From positions 2,724-66,723 of the forward strand of contig JAJCXT010000108.1 in assembly GCA_029263295.1 (NCBI GenBank): a stretch of DNA of 64,000 bases. Direction: 5' to 3'. Of this stretch, positions 1 to 10,289 are shown in pieces. Made by a program: the position numbers and the translations under genes. The stretch comes from Acidobacteriota bacterium (GTDB lineage Bacteria; Acidobacteriota; UBA890; WLXD01). The notes under the pieces were generated by a model that saw only the letters and a program-made list of their open reading frames with translations, searched no databases and was not told the origin of the DNA. Every line of letters starts with the position of its first letter. Position 1 is the stretch's first letter.

Positions 1-1
1 G

Positions 2-262
2 CTGCAGAGATCGGTCACGCCGCTGGTGAACTGCCAGTTGCCCCTCGTGGACGAGCGCTACGTGCGCAGTTCCGACGGCACGCGGGAACTGCGCCCTGTC
101 GTCGAGACGTCCGTGCAGCTTGGCGATCTCACCTGGTCCATCGAACTGACGTTGACCAACAGGGCGCTCATGGGGTTTCGTTTGCTGCTGGGGCGGCGAG
201 CCCTGCGCAAGAAGTTCGTTGTCGATCCGGGCCGATCTTGGATCCGGTCGGAGCGTCAGTAG
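2..262 (+). CDS. RimK-associated putative ATP-dependent zinc protease, C-terminal part (5' end outside window)
   Basis: Frame open from the window edge; [17 protein letters not shown]...[22 protein letters not shown]...VDPGRS matches this family; lies directly upstream of rimK. Confidence 0.8.
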   Translation: MQRSVTPLVNCQLPLVDERYVRSSDGTRELRPVVETSVQLGDLTWSIELTLTNRALMGFRLLLGRRALRKKFVVDPGRSWIRSERQ

Positions 263-278
263 TCCCATGCACCGGCCC

Positions 279-1190
279 ATGCGTATTCTGATCATGTCGC
301 GCAAGCGCTCGCTGTATTCGACGAGCCGACTGGTCGAAGCGGCGGAGCAGCGCGGTCACGAAGTGGTCGTGGTGGACTATCTGCGCTGCTACATGAACAT
401 CACGTCGCGCAGGCCGCAGGTGATGTATTCGGGAGAGTCGATTCGCGGAATCGACGCGGTGATCCCGCGCATCGGCGCCACCTACACGTTCTACGGCGCC
501 TCGGTCGTTCGTCAGTTCGAGTCCATGGGCGTGCTGTGTGCCAACGACTCGGACCCGATCATCCGCTCGCGCGACAAGCTCAAATCGATGCAGATCCTCG
601 CGCAGAAGGGTGTCGGGTTGCCGATCACCAGCTTCGCGCACTCCACCAAAGACGTGGATAGCCTCATCAAGGTGGTTGGCGGCACGCCGCTGGTGATCAA
701 GCTGCTCGAAGGAACCCAGGGACTGGGAGTCGTTCTGGCGGAAACAAAGAAGGCGGCCACCTCGGTCATCGAGGCCTTCCGTGCGCTCGACGCGAACATC
801 TTGGTGCAGGAGTTCATCAAGGAATCAGAAGGGTCGGACGTTCGCGCGCTGGTGGTCGGCCGCAAGGTCGTCGCAGCCATCCACCGGCAGGGGGCGCCGG
901 GCGAGTTCCGCTCGAACCTTCACCGCGGCGGCTCCGCAACAGCGATCAAGCTGACCAAGGTCGAGCGGCGAACGGCAGTTGATGCCGTCCACGCGCTCGG
1001 CCTCAAGGTTGCCGGTGTCGACATGCTTCGCTCCGACCGCGGCCCGCTAGTTCTCGAGGTCAACTCCTCGCCCGGGCTCGAAGGCATCGAGAACGCTAGC
1101 GGCGTTGATGTCGCGGCCGAAATATACGCACATCTCGAGCGCCGTCACGCCCAGCGCGAAAGCCGCCGGTCCCGCGCGAGCCGCAACTAG
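279..1190 (+). CDS. rimK: RimK family ATP-grasp alpha-L-glutamate ligase
   Basis: [63 protein letters not shown]; start may be ATG 267 or 279. Confidence 0.93.
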   Translation: MRILIMSRKRSLYSTSRLVEAAEQRGHEVVVVDYLRCYMNITSRRPQVMYSGESIRGIDAVIPRIGATYTFYGASVVRQFESMGVLCANDSDPIIRSRDKLKSMQILAQKGVGLPITSFAHSTKDVDSLIKVVGGTPLVIKLLEGTQGLGVVLAETKKAATSVIEAFRALDANILVQEFIKESEGSDVRALVVGRKVVAAIHRQGAPGEFRSNLHRGGSATAIKLTKVERRTAVDAVHALGLKVAGVDMLRSDRGPLVLEVNSSPGLEGIENASGVDVAAEIYAHLERRHAQRESRRSRASRN

Positions 1191-1302
1191 CTCGGCGCTG
1201 CCCAGGCGGGTCAGAGACCGAAGGTTCTGGCATCTGCTACCCCGTTCGTCGGAACTTCCTCGCCACTACCTCGCATCGAGAGAGGCCTGTCGCTACAGTG
1301 CG

Positions 1303-2907
1303 ATGGTCATGTTGCGCCACCGTCTCGATCCGACCTCCGCTCGAAGAACTCTCACGGCCGCGTGCTTCGCGGCCGCGGGTGTCCTAGCCGGGTGCGGACC
1401 CGCGCCGGACGGCGCCGGCCCGCCCAACATCCTGCTGATCATCGCCGACGATCATGCCTACCAGGCCATCGGTGCGTACGGATCGGTCTTGAACGAGACG
1501 CCCAATATCGATCGCATCGCGAACGCCGGCATCCGCTTCGACCGCGCACTTGTCACCAACTCGATCTGCGCTCCGGCCCGCGCCGTCATCCTCACAGGCA
1601 AGTACAGCCACGTGAATGGCGTCCTGGACAACGTTGACGACTTCGACGGCACCCAGGCGACGTTCCCGAAGCTTCTCCAGTCGGCCGGTTATCGGACGGC
1701 GGCGTTCGGTAAGTGGCACCTGAAGAGCGAACCGACCGGCTTCGACGCCTGGGAGGTGCTGCCCGGGCAGGGCCACTACTACAACCCCGACTTCCGTACG
1801 CTGGAAGGCGTCGTACGGCGTGAAGGCTACGTCACCGACATCACCACGGATCTGGCGCTCGACTGGCTCCGGTCCGGCCGCGACGACGAGCGCCCCTTCT
1901 TCGTCTGGCTTGGCCAGAAGGCGCCGCATCGCAACTGGATGCCCGGGCCGGATCATCTGACAACCTACTCCGATACGACGTTCCGGGAGCCGCCGACCCT
2001 GTTCGACGACTACAGCGGCCGCGCTCCGGGCGCAGCGACGCAGGAGATGGAGATCGATCGTCACATGACGCTGATGTACGACCTCAAGCTCCGGCCTGCC
2101 GGTCCGACACCGCTCAGCGCAGGTCCAGGGGCCCTACCGTGGGAGCAGAGTTTCTGGAGCGAAATGGACGCGCGCATGACCCCACAGCAGACGATGGCGT
2201 GGGACTCAGCTTATGGCCCGCGCAACGCCGCGTTTCTATCCGACCCACCGGAGGGCAACGAACTCATTCGCTGGAAGTACGACGAGTACCTCAAGGACTA
2301 CCTGCGAACCATCGCCTCGGTCGACGACAACGTCGGCCGGGTGCTCGACTACCTCGACGAGTCGGGCCTGGCCGACAACACGCTCGTCATCTACACCTCC
2401 GACCAGGGCTTCTATCTTGGCGAGCACGGCTGGTTCGACAAGCGCTGGATCTACGAGGAGTCCCTTCGCACGCCGCTGCTGATGCGATGGCCTGGCAGGA
2501 TCGAGGCCGGGAGCACAACGACCGCCCTTGCTGCCAACCTCGACTTCGCCCCGACCTTCCTCGACGTCGCCGGCGCGCAGGTGCCCGACGATCTTCAGGG
2601 CACGAGCCTGGCCCCACTACTGCGCGGCGAACCCGACGCAAGCCCGCGCGACTCCTTCTACTACCACTACTACGAATCCGAAGGCCCGCATGCCGTGCCC
2701 GTGCACTACGGCGTCGTAACCGGTCGCTACAAGCTGATCCGCTACCCCGAACTCGACGCGTGGGAGCTGTTCGATCTCCAGACAGACCCACGCGAGCTTG
2801 CGAGCCAGTACGGCGACCCGGAGATGACTGACGTCCAGAGCCGCCTGGCCGATGAGTTGCGGCGGCTACGAGCTCAGTTCGGTGTTCCGCGCGAGATCGG
2901 GGAGTAA
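1303..2907 (+). CDS. Sulfatase, probable lipoprotein
   Basis: PNILLIIADDH, CxPxR signature NSICAPARAVILTG, GKWHL, SDQGFYLGEHGWFDKR; lipobox LAGC; start 1303 or 1309. Confidence 0.9.
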   Translation: MVMLRHRLDPTSARRTLTAACFAAAGVLAGCGPAPDGAGPPNILLIIADDHAYQAIGAYGSVLNETPNIDRIANAGIRFDRALVTNSICAPARAVILTGKYSHVNGVLDNVDDFDGTQATFPKLLQSAGYRTAAFGKWHLKSEPTGFDAWEVLPGQGHYYNPDFRTLEGVVRREGYVTDITTDLALDWLRSGRDDERPFFVWLGQKAPHRNWMPGPDHLTTYSDTTFREPPTLFDDYSGRAPGAATQEMEIDRHMTLMYDLKLRPAGPTPLSAGPGALPWEQSFWSEMDARMTPQQTMAWDSAYGPRNAAFLSDPPEGNELIRWKYDEYLKDYLRTIASVDDNVGRVLDYLDESGLADNTLVIYTSDQGFYLGEHGWFDKRWIYEESLRTPLLMRWPGRIEAGSTTTALAANLDFAPTFLDVAGAQVPDDLQGTSLAPLLRGEPDASPRDSFYYHYYESEGPHAVPVHYGVVTGRYKLIRYPELDAWELFDLQTDPRELASQYGDPEMTDVQSRLADELRRLRAQFGVPREIGE

Positions 2908-2945
2908 GGAACCACCACGGATTCTTCCGTGAGAGCGTGGGACTG

Positions 2946-3344
2946 TCAGTTCTCCCAATCCTCCAGGCTCAGACCAGGGACGCGAGCGAACTCCCGCACG
3001 TTGTGTGACACCAAGACGGCGCCGTGGGCCACCGCGGTCGCAGCGATCAGAAGATCGTTGGCCCCGATCGGCAGACCCGAACGCTCCAGTTCAAAACGAA
3101 TTGCTCCGTAGGCCTCCGCACTGGCGTCATCCAACGGCAGGCTGACGAGGGGCGCGAAGAAGCGCCGGAGAACGCGTTGATTGCGGGCCGGGTCACTACT
3201 CTTGCGGGCACCGAACAACAGTTCGGCCTTGACCACCGAGCATAGGCGCAATTCGGAAGGCCGTCGCTGGCGTAGCCTTTCTATCAGCCGCGGTGAGCTG
3301 TCGTTCAGCACGCGAATGCAGGCGTTCGTGTCGAGCAGGTACAC
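2946..3344 (-). CDS. vapC: PIN-domain (VapC) toxin
   Basis: YLLDTNACI, VVKAELLFGA, IGANDLLIAATA, SHNVREF. Confidence 0.92.
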   Translation of the reverse strand: MYLLDTNACIRVLNDSSPRLIERLRQRRPSELRLCSVVKAELLFGARKSSDPARNQRVLRRFFAPLVSLPLDDASAEAYGAIRFELERSGLPIGANDLLIAATAVAHGAVLVSHNVREFARVPGLSLEDWEN

Positions 3345-3358
3345 CGTTACTCCGTGAA

Positions 3359-3586
3359 CTAGTCGAGTGACTCGCGGTCTTCCAGCGACGGCTGTGGCGG
3401 CCGCTCCAGAGGACTCCCCTGCCAGCCCCCGACGACCTGATCGAAGTACGCGTCTGGCCAGCTGTCAGCCACCGCACCCCGGACCACTGCGGCAAGGTAC
3501 TGAGAGATCGTTTGGCCTGATTTGGTCGCGCGGCGGCGCACTTCTTCGGCGATCTCCTTCGGTACGTAAAGGTGCATCTGCGGCAT
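3359..3586 (-). CDS. CopG/ribbon-helix-helix type antitoxin
   Basis: 75 aa, MPQMHLYVPKEIAEEVRRRATKSGQTISQYLAAVV; directly upstream of vapC; GAGGAGAG RBS. Confidence 0.8.
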   Translation of the reverse strand: MPQMHLYVPKEIAEEVRRRATKSGQTISQYLAAVVRGAVADSWPDAYFDQVVGGWQGSPLERPPQPSLEDRESLD

Positions 3587-3629
3587 TTCCCTCTCCTCTA
3601 GAGACGGTCGGGGGAGCATCGTTTTCTGG

Positions 3630-3660
3630 ACGTCGATTCGACGTATATTCTAGCAAATAC
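3630..3660 (-). promoter_or_regulatory. Candidate promoter/operator of TA pair 1
   Basis: Palindrome ACGTCGA-T-TCGACGT 3630-3644; GTAT...ATAC 3643-3660; TAGAAT -10-like hexamer on minus strand 3647-3652. Confidence 0.45.
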
Positions 3661-3797
3661 ACCTGATCCGGAGAATCCCTGCAACGCGCCTCGCCTAAGG
3701 GCAGACTTCGGGAGAAGCGCTCGTTCGCCAGTTGACGGCGACTCGGGAGTCGGAAAATGGTTACAGTTCGCTCGTCTTGAACCGACGGAGTGAACTC

Positions 3798-5528
3798 ATG
3801 CAGAAGCGGGCTCTCTTTCGTAGTCGCGGTGCCCTGATCGCCTCCTCTCTCGTGCTGGCCTCGGCGCTGTTGCTCGGCTCCGTCGCGCCCGCTGCGGCTG
3901 ATACTTATCCGCGGCAGCCGGGCGTTGATGTCGAGGAATACGTCTTCAGGATTTCACTGCTCGACGAAACGGACGAGATCCGTGGGCTGACCACGCTCGC
4001 GATTCGTTTCGTCGAGGATGGTGTGGTCTCGCTGGTTCTCGACCTGACCGGCCGCACTGGTGGGCGAGAGACCGGCATGACAGTCGATGGCGCCTGGGTG
4101 GCGTCCGGCGACACCGAGGCCACTGCCATGGCGCACGCTCCCGACACCGCCGACCTCGGGGCGAGCGCGCAGTTCTCGCACACCGGCGACCGTCTGCGGA
4201 TCACGCTGCCCGAACCGTCTGCAGCTGGGGAGCGCGCCTTCATCACCGTGTCCTACAGCGGTGCGCCGGACACGGGCCTGGAGATCGGCCCCAACAAGTA
4301 CGGCGACCGCACGTTCTTCTCCGACAACTGGCCGAGCAAGGCACGAAACTGGCTGCCGACCATCGACCACATCTCGGAAAAGGCCCGCACGCAGATGGTC
4401 GTCACGGCACCGAGCCAGTACCAGGTGATCTCGAACGGGCTACTGGTCGAGGAGACCGACATCGCGCCCGGCCTGCGGAGGACTCACTGGCGCCAGTCCG
4501 TGCCCATCCCGCCATGGCAGTACATGGTCGGCGTCGCTCGCTTTGCAGTCGATCACCTCGGCGTCTACCGTGGAGTCCCGGTGCAGACCTGGGTCTACGC
4601 GCAAGACCGCGACGCCGGTTTCTACGACTTCTCGTATCCGACCATCGAGGTGCTGGACTTCTACTCCGACAAGGTCGGGCCCTACGCCTACGAGAAGCTG
4701 GCCAACGTGCAATCCAACAGCGTCCGCGGTGGCATGGAGGCGGCGAGCGCGATCCTCTACGGCGACGACTCCGTCAGCGGCACCCGCAGCCTGCGCTGGC
4801 GCAACGTCATCATCCACGAAATCGCGCACCAGTGGTTCGGCAACGCCGTGACCGAGGCCGACTGGGATGACGTCTGGCTTAGCGAGGGCTTCGCCACCTA
4901 CTTCACATCACTGTTCGTCGAGCATGCCTATGGGCGCGACGAATTCGCCGCTCGGATGGCCGACACCCGCGAGGGTATCTTCCGCTTCTACGACTCCCGC
5001 CCCGAGTACCGCATCGTCCACGACAACCTGGCCGACACCTCCCAGGTCACAACGGGCATGCAGTACGTCAAGGGTGCCTGGGTGCTGCACATGCTGCGAC
5101 ATCGCATCGGCACCGAGACGTTCTGGGAAGGCATCCGCCGCTACTACGCCCGCTACTTCAACGGGCAAGCCACTACCGCGCAGTTCCGTGAGGCCATGGA
5201 GGAAGTCTCGGGCGAGGACCTGACCGAGTTCTTCCAGCAGTGGCTGTACCAGGGCAGCGCCGGGCTCCTGCTCCACGGCGACTGGCGCTACGAGAACGGC
5301 AACGTCGAACTGAACCTCGCTCAGCGCCAGGTCGGTGGCACCGTGTACCGGATGCCGATCACGCTGGAGTTTGTGGCAGCCGATGGCACCGCGACACGCA
5401 CCGAGATCGAGATCTCCGACGCGGAACGCGCCTACTCCATTCCGGTGGAATTCGAACCCACCGAGATCGTGGTCGATCCGGATGTCTGGCTCCTCCACGG
5501 AGGCTCGCTCACCCATCGGCAGGAATAA
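3798..5528 (+). CDS. M1 family zinc aminopeptidase, secreted
   Basis: GGMEAAS (GAMEN variant), HEIAHQWFGN...WLSEGFATY (HEXXH-18x-E), YVKGAWVLHML; hydrophobic N-terminus. Confidence 0.9.
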   Translation: MQKRALFRSRGALIASSLVLASALLLGSVAPAAADTYPRQPGVDVEEYVFRISLLDETDEIRGLTTLAIRFVEDGVVSLVLDLTGRTGGRETGMTVDGAWVASGDTEATAMAHAPDTADLGASAQFSHTGDRLRITLPEPSAAGERAFITVSYSGAPDTGLEIGPNKYGDRTFFSDNWPSKARNWLPTIDHISEKARTQMVVTAPSQYQVISNGLLVEETDIAPGLRRTHWRQSVPIPPWQYMVGVARFAVDHLGVYRGVPVQTWVYAQDRDAGFYDFSYPTIEVLDFYSDKVGPYAYEKLANVQSNSVRGGMEAASAILYGDDSVSGTRSLRWRNVIIHEIAHQWFGNAVTEADWDDVWLSEGFATYFTSLFVEHAYGRDEFAARMADTREGIFRFYDSRPEYRIVHDNLADTSQVTTGMQYVKGAWVLHMLRHRIGTETFWEGIRRYYARYFNGQATTAQFREAMEEVSGEDLTEFFQQWLYQGSAGLLLHGDWRYENGNVELNLAQRQVGGTVYRMPITLEFVAADGTATRTEIEISDAERAYSIPVEFEPTEIVVDPDVWLLHGGSLTHRQE

Positions 5529-5555
5529 GAGACCGCTGTTCCGACGTAGAGATCG

Positions 5556-6080
5556 CTATGCCGGAGGCACCTTCGCCAGGCCAGGGAACCGACCGGGCGC
5601 GTACTCTGCGTGACAGTTGATGCACCCCTCGACGAGGCGTGAGAAGTGGTGGGCTGCGATCTCCGCGTCACCAGCCGCGGCGGCGCGAGAGAGGGCGGCG
5701 GCGCGACCGTGGAACGCCATGTCCATCTCCACGAACCGAGACGGCAGCGTGGAGTGCAGGATCTCGCCCTGTTCAGGCGTGAGGGACTGCTTCAGGATGA
5801 AGCTCTCTTCGATACTCGTCGCGATCGTGGCCACGTCCTCCCAGTCACCGACGGCTATCGCCGAGCCGAGTTCACCCATCGCGCCGTCGATGAGCCGCAT
5901 CTCCTCGTTGAGCAACGCCCGGAGATCGGCTGGAAGCGCATCCGCCGCGTCTCCGTGCATGCCGGCGCCGGCTTCGGGAGATCCATGCTCATGTTGCCCT
6001 GTGCCCTCGACGGGCGCCGACCACGAGACCAGGAGGATCATCAGGACAACGCATAAGCTCCAGCGACTTCCGGTTCTCAT
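5556..6080 (-). CDS. Cytochrome c'-like (class II) secreted monoheme protein
   Basis: Signal peptide, helical body, single C-terminal CXXCH (GCINCHAEY); HEH/MH-containing N-terminal segment. Confidence 0.7.
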   Translation of the reverse strand: MRTGSRWSLCVVLMILLVSWSAPVEGTGQHEHGSPEAGAGMHGDAADALPADLRALLNEEMRLIDGAMGELGSAIAVGDWEDVATIATSIEESFILKQSLTPEQGEILHSTLPSRFVEMDMAFHGRAAALSRAAAAGDAEIAAHHFSRLVEGCINCHAEYAPGRFPGLAKVPPA

Positions 6081-6443
6081 ACTCTCGGCCTCGTCTCTCG
6101 GTTCAGCCGCGGTGGGCGGCGATGGGATCATCCTTCGCTCATGCTCCCACAGCGCGGCGTTGCCTGAAGGCAGTTCACGCGACCACCACGGCGTGTGCCG
6201 GCTGAAGGCCTCCCCGGCTCGACGGCCCGCGTCAACGTTTGAGAGTACGATCTCGACAGTGTTGAGCCGCGTGGAAACCACGACGCCCACTCGGAGGAGC
6301 CTGCACACCATGGCCGATTGGCCGCGACCTCAGAGAGCCCTACACGCGAGCGCGACACCAGAGTCTTTCTCATGCGCGTCGGCGCAATGTACGAGATGGT
6401 CGGCGGCGGTGCGGCGTGAGCGTTACGAGAGGGGCGACACAGA

Positions 6444-7310
6444 GTGAAGAGCTGGTTGCGCGAGCCGCTGGTTCATTTTCTCGTGCTGGGCGCGCTGCTG
6501 TTCATCCTCAACGGCATGTTCGGAAGCTCGGCGCCGGCCGATCCGACCATCAGGGTCTCGGAACCGGCGATCGCCCGACTGGCACAGCTGTTCAGCGCAC
6601 AGTGGCAACGGCCGCCGACACGCGCGGAACTCGATGGGCTAGTCGAACAACAGATCCGCGAAGAGGTTCTGTATCGCGAAGCGGTAGCTCTGGGGCTGGA
6701 CCAGAACGACACGATCGTGCGGCGAAGATTGGTCCAGAAGCTCGAGTTCCTGTCACAGGACCTGGTCGACGAGAATCCGTCGGAGGCCGATCTGCGCGGC
6801 TTCTTCCAGGAGAACGCGGAGCGTTTTGAAGAGCCGGCCGTGCTCACGTTCACCCACGTCTACCTGAACCCGGACCGCCGCGGAGACTCGCTGCGTGGGG
6901 ATGCCGAACTGCTATTGGACGACCTTCGAGCTGACTCAGCCGGCGACGCAGCTGACCTCGGCGACACGTTTCTGTTGCCGCTGACCTTCGCGCAGCGCTC
7001 CCAACGTGAAGTCGCCGGCCTGTTCGGGGCGGACTTTGCCGCCGACCTGGCTACTCTGGAAGTCGGCTCGTGGCAGGGCCCAGTGGCGTCGGGATACGGC
7101 CTCCACCTCGTGCTGGTGCAGGAGCGCATCAACGCCCGTGTGCCGGAGTTCGGCGCCGTCCGCGACAAGGTCCGTCTCGAGTACCTGAGCGTGCAGCGGC
7201 GCGATGCCGACGAGACGATGTATCAGCGGCTCCGCGAGCGCTACCGCATCGATGTCATGTGGCCCGCCGAGATCGAAGCTGCGGGCGAGGCGGCAGGGAG
7301 GTCCGACTGA
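6444..7310 (+). CDS. PpiC/rotamase-type peptidyl-prolyl isomerase family protein
   Basis: WLREPLVHFLVLGALLF, QWQRPPTRAEL, REEVLYREAVALGLDQNDTIVRRRL, WQGPVASGYGLHLV. Confidence 0.8.
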   Translation: MKSWLREPLVHFLVLGALLFILNGMFGSSAPADPTIRVSEPAIARLAQLFSAQWQRPPTRAELDGLVEQQIREEVLYREAVALGLDQNDTIVRRRLVQKLEFLSQDLVDENPSEADLRGFFQENAERFEEPAVLTFTHVYLNPDRRGDSLRGDAELLLDDLRADSAGDAADLGDTFLLPLTFAQRSQREVAGLFGADFAADLATLEVGSWQGPVASGYGLHLVLVQERINARVPEFGAVRDKVRLEYLSVQRRDADETMYQRLRERYRIDVMWPAEIEAAGEAAGRSD

Positions 7311-8341
7311 TGGCCGGCCAGGTGGCGGCCCGACACCGCGCGAGGGCGCGCACCCTCAGCATCGTTATCGCGCTCGGCGCTCTCCTCGCCCCGGTCGTCG
7401 CCACCGCTCACGAGCTCGACCCAGGATTCCTGGAGCTGCGCGAGACGACGCCCGGCGAGTACTCGGTGCTATGGAAGGTCCCGTTGAAAGCCGGCCGTCG
7501 GATGTCTCTCGACCCGGTCTTCCCGACCGAGTGCAGCGCGACCACACCGGTCTCGTCGCGACCTTCAGGGCGCGGAGTTATGGAGCGCTGGCGCCTCGAG
7601 TGCCCTTCCGGCCTGGCCGGCGCCTCCATCACCATCGGCGGCCTGGAACGCACCTACACCGACGTGATGATCCGGATCGAACTCACGGAGGCCGAACCGC
7701 TCACCTACCTCGTAGGGTCAACCAACCCGACTGTCGTGGTAGGCGCCGAGGGACAGGCTAGCCAGGGCGCACTCGGATACCTCTGGCTTGGCTTCGAACA
7801 CATCCTGCTAGGCATCGACCACTTGCTCTTCGTGCTCGGTCTGCTGCTCATCGTGCAGAACCCCTGGACGCTGCTGAACACCGTCACCGCGTTCACGGTG
7901 GCGCACAGCATCACGCTGGCCATCGCGACTCTCGGGTGGGCCTCCGCTCCGGCGGCGCCCCTCAACGCCGCCATCGCTCTGAGCATTCTGTTCCTCGGGC
8001 CAGAGATAGTGCGCGTGTGGCGGGGCGAGACCAGTTTCACGATTCGGCACCCATGGGTCGTTGCGTTCGCGTTCGGGCTGCTGCACGGGTTCGGTTTTGC
8101 CAGCGGACTTTCCACCGTCGGTTTGCCGCAGGCCGAGATCCCGCTGGCGCTGCTGCTGTTCAACCTCGGCGTCGAGGCCGGCCAGCTCTTCTTCGTGCTG
8201 CTGATCCTGGCGCTCGAACGTGCGTTCCGGGTGCTCGAGATCCACTGGCCACGATGGGCGGAGATGTTCCCGGGCTACGCCGTCGGCTCGCTGGGCGCGT
8301 TCTGGTTCATCCAGCGCACCTGGATGCTCCTGGGAGGTTGA
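7310..8341 (+). CDS. HupE/UreJ-like membrane protein with soluble N-terminal domain
   Basis: TGATG coupling; mature N-terminus AHELDP; LGFEHILLGIDHLLFV, TAFTVAHSITL, FGLLHGFGFA. Confidence 0.85.
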   Translation: MAGQVAARHRARARTLSIVIALGALLAPVVATAHELDPGFLELRETTPGEYSVLWKVPLKAGRRMSLDPVFPTECSATTPVSSRPSGRGVMERWRLECPSGLAGASITIGGLERTYTDVMIRIELTEAEPLTYLVGSTNPTVVVGAEGQASQGALGYLWLGFEHILLGIDHLLFVLGLLLIVQNPWTLLNTVTAFTVAHSITLAIATLGWASAPAAPLNAAIALSILFLGPEIVRVWRGETSFTIRHPWVVAFAFGLLHGFGFASGLSTVGLPQAEIPLALLLFNLGVEAGQLFFVLLILALERAFRVLEIHWPRWAEMFPGYAVGSLGAFWFIQRTWMLLGG

Positions 8342-8343
8342 CT

Positions 8344-8991
8344 GTGTTGTTCCGGCGCCTTCCGATACTCGGGTTCCCACCGCGCGCATGGACGACACCT
8401 GGGCGTGCGTTCCTGCTCGCCGGCTCGGGCATCGTAGTGCTCGCGTGGCCTCTGCTCGCCTGGGCGCACGAGGAAACCGGGCAGGCGGCCGGATTCCTGG
8501 CCGGGATGCTGCACCCCGTATCGGGGCTCGACCACGTGCTCGCGATGGTCGCCGTCGGTTTCTGGGGCGCCCAGCTGGGTGCGCCCGCACTGTGGATGCT
8601 TCCCGTCGCCTTTCCCATGGTGATGGCTGTCGGGGGCATGCTCGGGCTGATGGGGATACTGCTGCCCGGTGTGGAACTCGGGATTGCCGTATCGGCTGTG
8701 GCGCTCGGAGCGATGGTGCTGGGCGAGGTCAAGGCTCCGCTCGGTGCCGCCGCCGCTCTAGTCGGTTTCTTCGCGATTTTCCACGGCCACGCGCATGGAA
8801 CCGAGTTGCCGGACGGAACTAGCGGGCTCTACTACTCCATCGGGTTCGTCACCGCGACAGGGCTGCTGCACGCTGCCGGCATCGGTTTTGGCATGATCCA
8901 CAGCCGGCCTCGCGGCCCCGCGATCCTGCGCGCGGCGGGTGGCCTGGTGCTTCTCGGCGGCCTCTACTTCTTGTGGCGGGTGATGGCGTGA
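8344..8991 (+). CDS. HupE/UreJ family protein
   Basis: AHEETG, GMLHPVSGLDHVLAMVAVG, FAIFHGHAHGTELP, ATGLLHAAG; start 8338 or 8344. Confidence 0.88.
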   Translation: MLFRRLPILGFPPRAWTTPGRAFLLAGSGIVVLAWPLLAWAHEETGQAAGFLAGMLHPVSGLDHVLAMVAVGFWGAQLGAPALWMLPVAFPMVMAVGGMLGLMGILLPGVELGIAVSAVALGAMVLGEVKAPLGAAAALVGFFAIFHGHAHGTELPDGTSGLYYSIGFVTATGLLHAAGIGFGMIHSRPRGPAILRAAGGLVLLGGLYFLWRVMA

Positions 8992-9641
8992 GGGCCGCGC
9001 TCCGCTTGCCCGTAGGCATCACCCGGGCGCGCGGCGAGGTCGCCACCAGCCGCCTAGCGCCGGCTGCATTCCTGACGGCCCTGCTCGTACCCGGCCGTGC
9101 CGATGCCCACCTGGTCAACACCGGCTTCGGTCCCTTCTACGACGGCATCTCGCACCTGTTCGTGACCGCCCCCGACCTTCTGGTGGTCGCCGCGCTGGCG
9201 CTCTTGGCCGGTCTCCGCGGCCACGCGACCGCGCGCGGCACGCTGCTCGCGGTGATCATCGCCTGGGGGCTCGGTGGCTTCGCCGGTCTACTGACGGCGC
9301 CCGCAGTTGTCTGGACCGCGATCACAACCGGCAGCTTCCTCCTGCTCGGCGCACTGCTGGCGGCTGATCGCGAACTGCCCGTCGGGGTGGTCATCGGGCT
9401 CGGTGCCCTCGTCGGGCTGATCCACGGCTTCCTCAACGGCGCCGAGTCCGCAGCCGCGGGTATTGGCTTCGTGGGCCTGGTCGGCAGCCTCGCGGCGGTC
9501 GCGGTTCTGGCGACCCTGATTAGCGCGGCCGCTGTTTCGCTCGCCGAGGGCTCGACCCGCGTCGCCGTGCGGGTGGCCGGGTCGTGGATCGCGGCAATCG
9601 GCATTCTGATGCTGGGCTGGCTGTTCCGGCCCGGCGCGTAA
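8988..9641 (+). CDS. HupE/UreJ family protein, divergent type
   Basis: GTGA overlap; AHLVNTGFGPFYDGISHLF, GLIHGFLNG, RVAVRVAGSWIAAIG. Confidence 0.75.
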   Translation: MRAALRLPVGITRARGEVATSRLAPAAFLTALLVPGRADAHLVNTGFGPFYDGISHLFVTAPDLLVVAALALLAGLRGHATARGTLLAVIIAWGLGGFAGLLTAPAVVWTAITTGSFLLLGALLAADRELPVGVVIGLGALVGLIHGFLNGAESAAAGIGFVGLVGSLAAVAVLATLISAAAVSLAEGSTRVAVRVAGSWIAAIGILMLGWLFRPGA

Positions 9642-9677
9642 GACGACCACAAGAAAATCGCCCCCCGGCGCCCGCGG

Positions 9678-10145
9678 CTACATCTTCCAGCGTTCCGGGA
9701 AATCTTCGAGGCCTTCAACCTCGTCGGCCGGGCGCTGGCCGTGCAGACGCCGGCCCTGCCAGAGCATGGTGAGCAGCGCGACCCAGAACATCGCGCCGCC
9801 CAGCGCGACGGCCGTCGGCGGGAGCAAACTGCCGACCCGCATCCGTTCCCAGAGAACCTCGAAGGAACCCGCCACGGTCGGATGCATCTCCAGCTTCAGC
9901 AACCACGCCCCGGTGAGGGTCGCGTAGATGAAGATGTAGTTGCGGCGCAACCGGAACCCGATGGTCGGCAGCATCTTCGACTTGTACCTGGGCTGATTGA
10001 GGTCCTGGCATATCTGCTAGCGCCAGATTGTCGATCGGTGCGTCTCGCCGCGATAGAAATGCACCATCACGCTGAGATATTCAGGGCGCGATAGCGGCGC
10101 TTCTTCGAGTGCGGCCGCGGCGGCAGTTTCGTCGGCATCATTCAT
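9678..10145 (-). pseudogene. DUF2270 family membrane protein, apparent internal deletion plus in-frame TAG
   Basis: N-terminal MVHFYRGETHRSTIWR, TAG at 10017-10019, then same frame QDLNQPRYK...RLRRNYIFIY...AWLLKL (C-terminal motifs); central part absent. Confidence 0.7.
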
Positions 10146-10193
10146 CGACGGAGGGTCTAGGCGGTGTGCGTGATCTTCACCGTCGTCATCGCG

Positions 10194-10236
10194 AAAAGCC
10201 GGCCCCAGGTCGGATCGCGACCCGGGCCGGCTCTTC
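10194..10236 (-). terminator. Intrinsic terminator after the spondin gene
   Basis: Minus strand: GCCGGCCCGGGTCG/CGACCTGGGGCCGGC stem followed by TTTT. Confidence 0.6.
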
Positions 10237-10289
10237 TACGAAACCGGTCGGGAGCTACTCCCGAGCCGGGCGCCTCGGGGAGCGGCGAC

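Noticed and set aside
6175-6190. TCACG/CCACG at 11-bp spacing between the cytochrome c' and PPIase genes
   Set aside because: Only two copies, one mismatched; expected by chance
6128-6373. Small ORF or N-terminal extension upstream of the cytochrome c' gene
   Set aside because: No motif; the signal peptide begins at 6080
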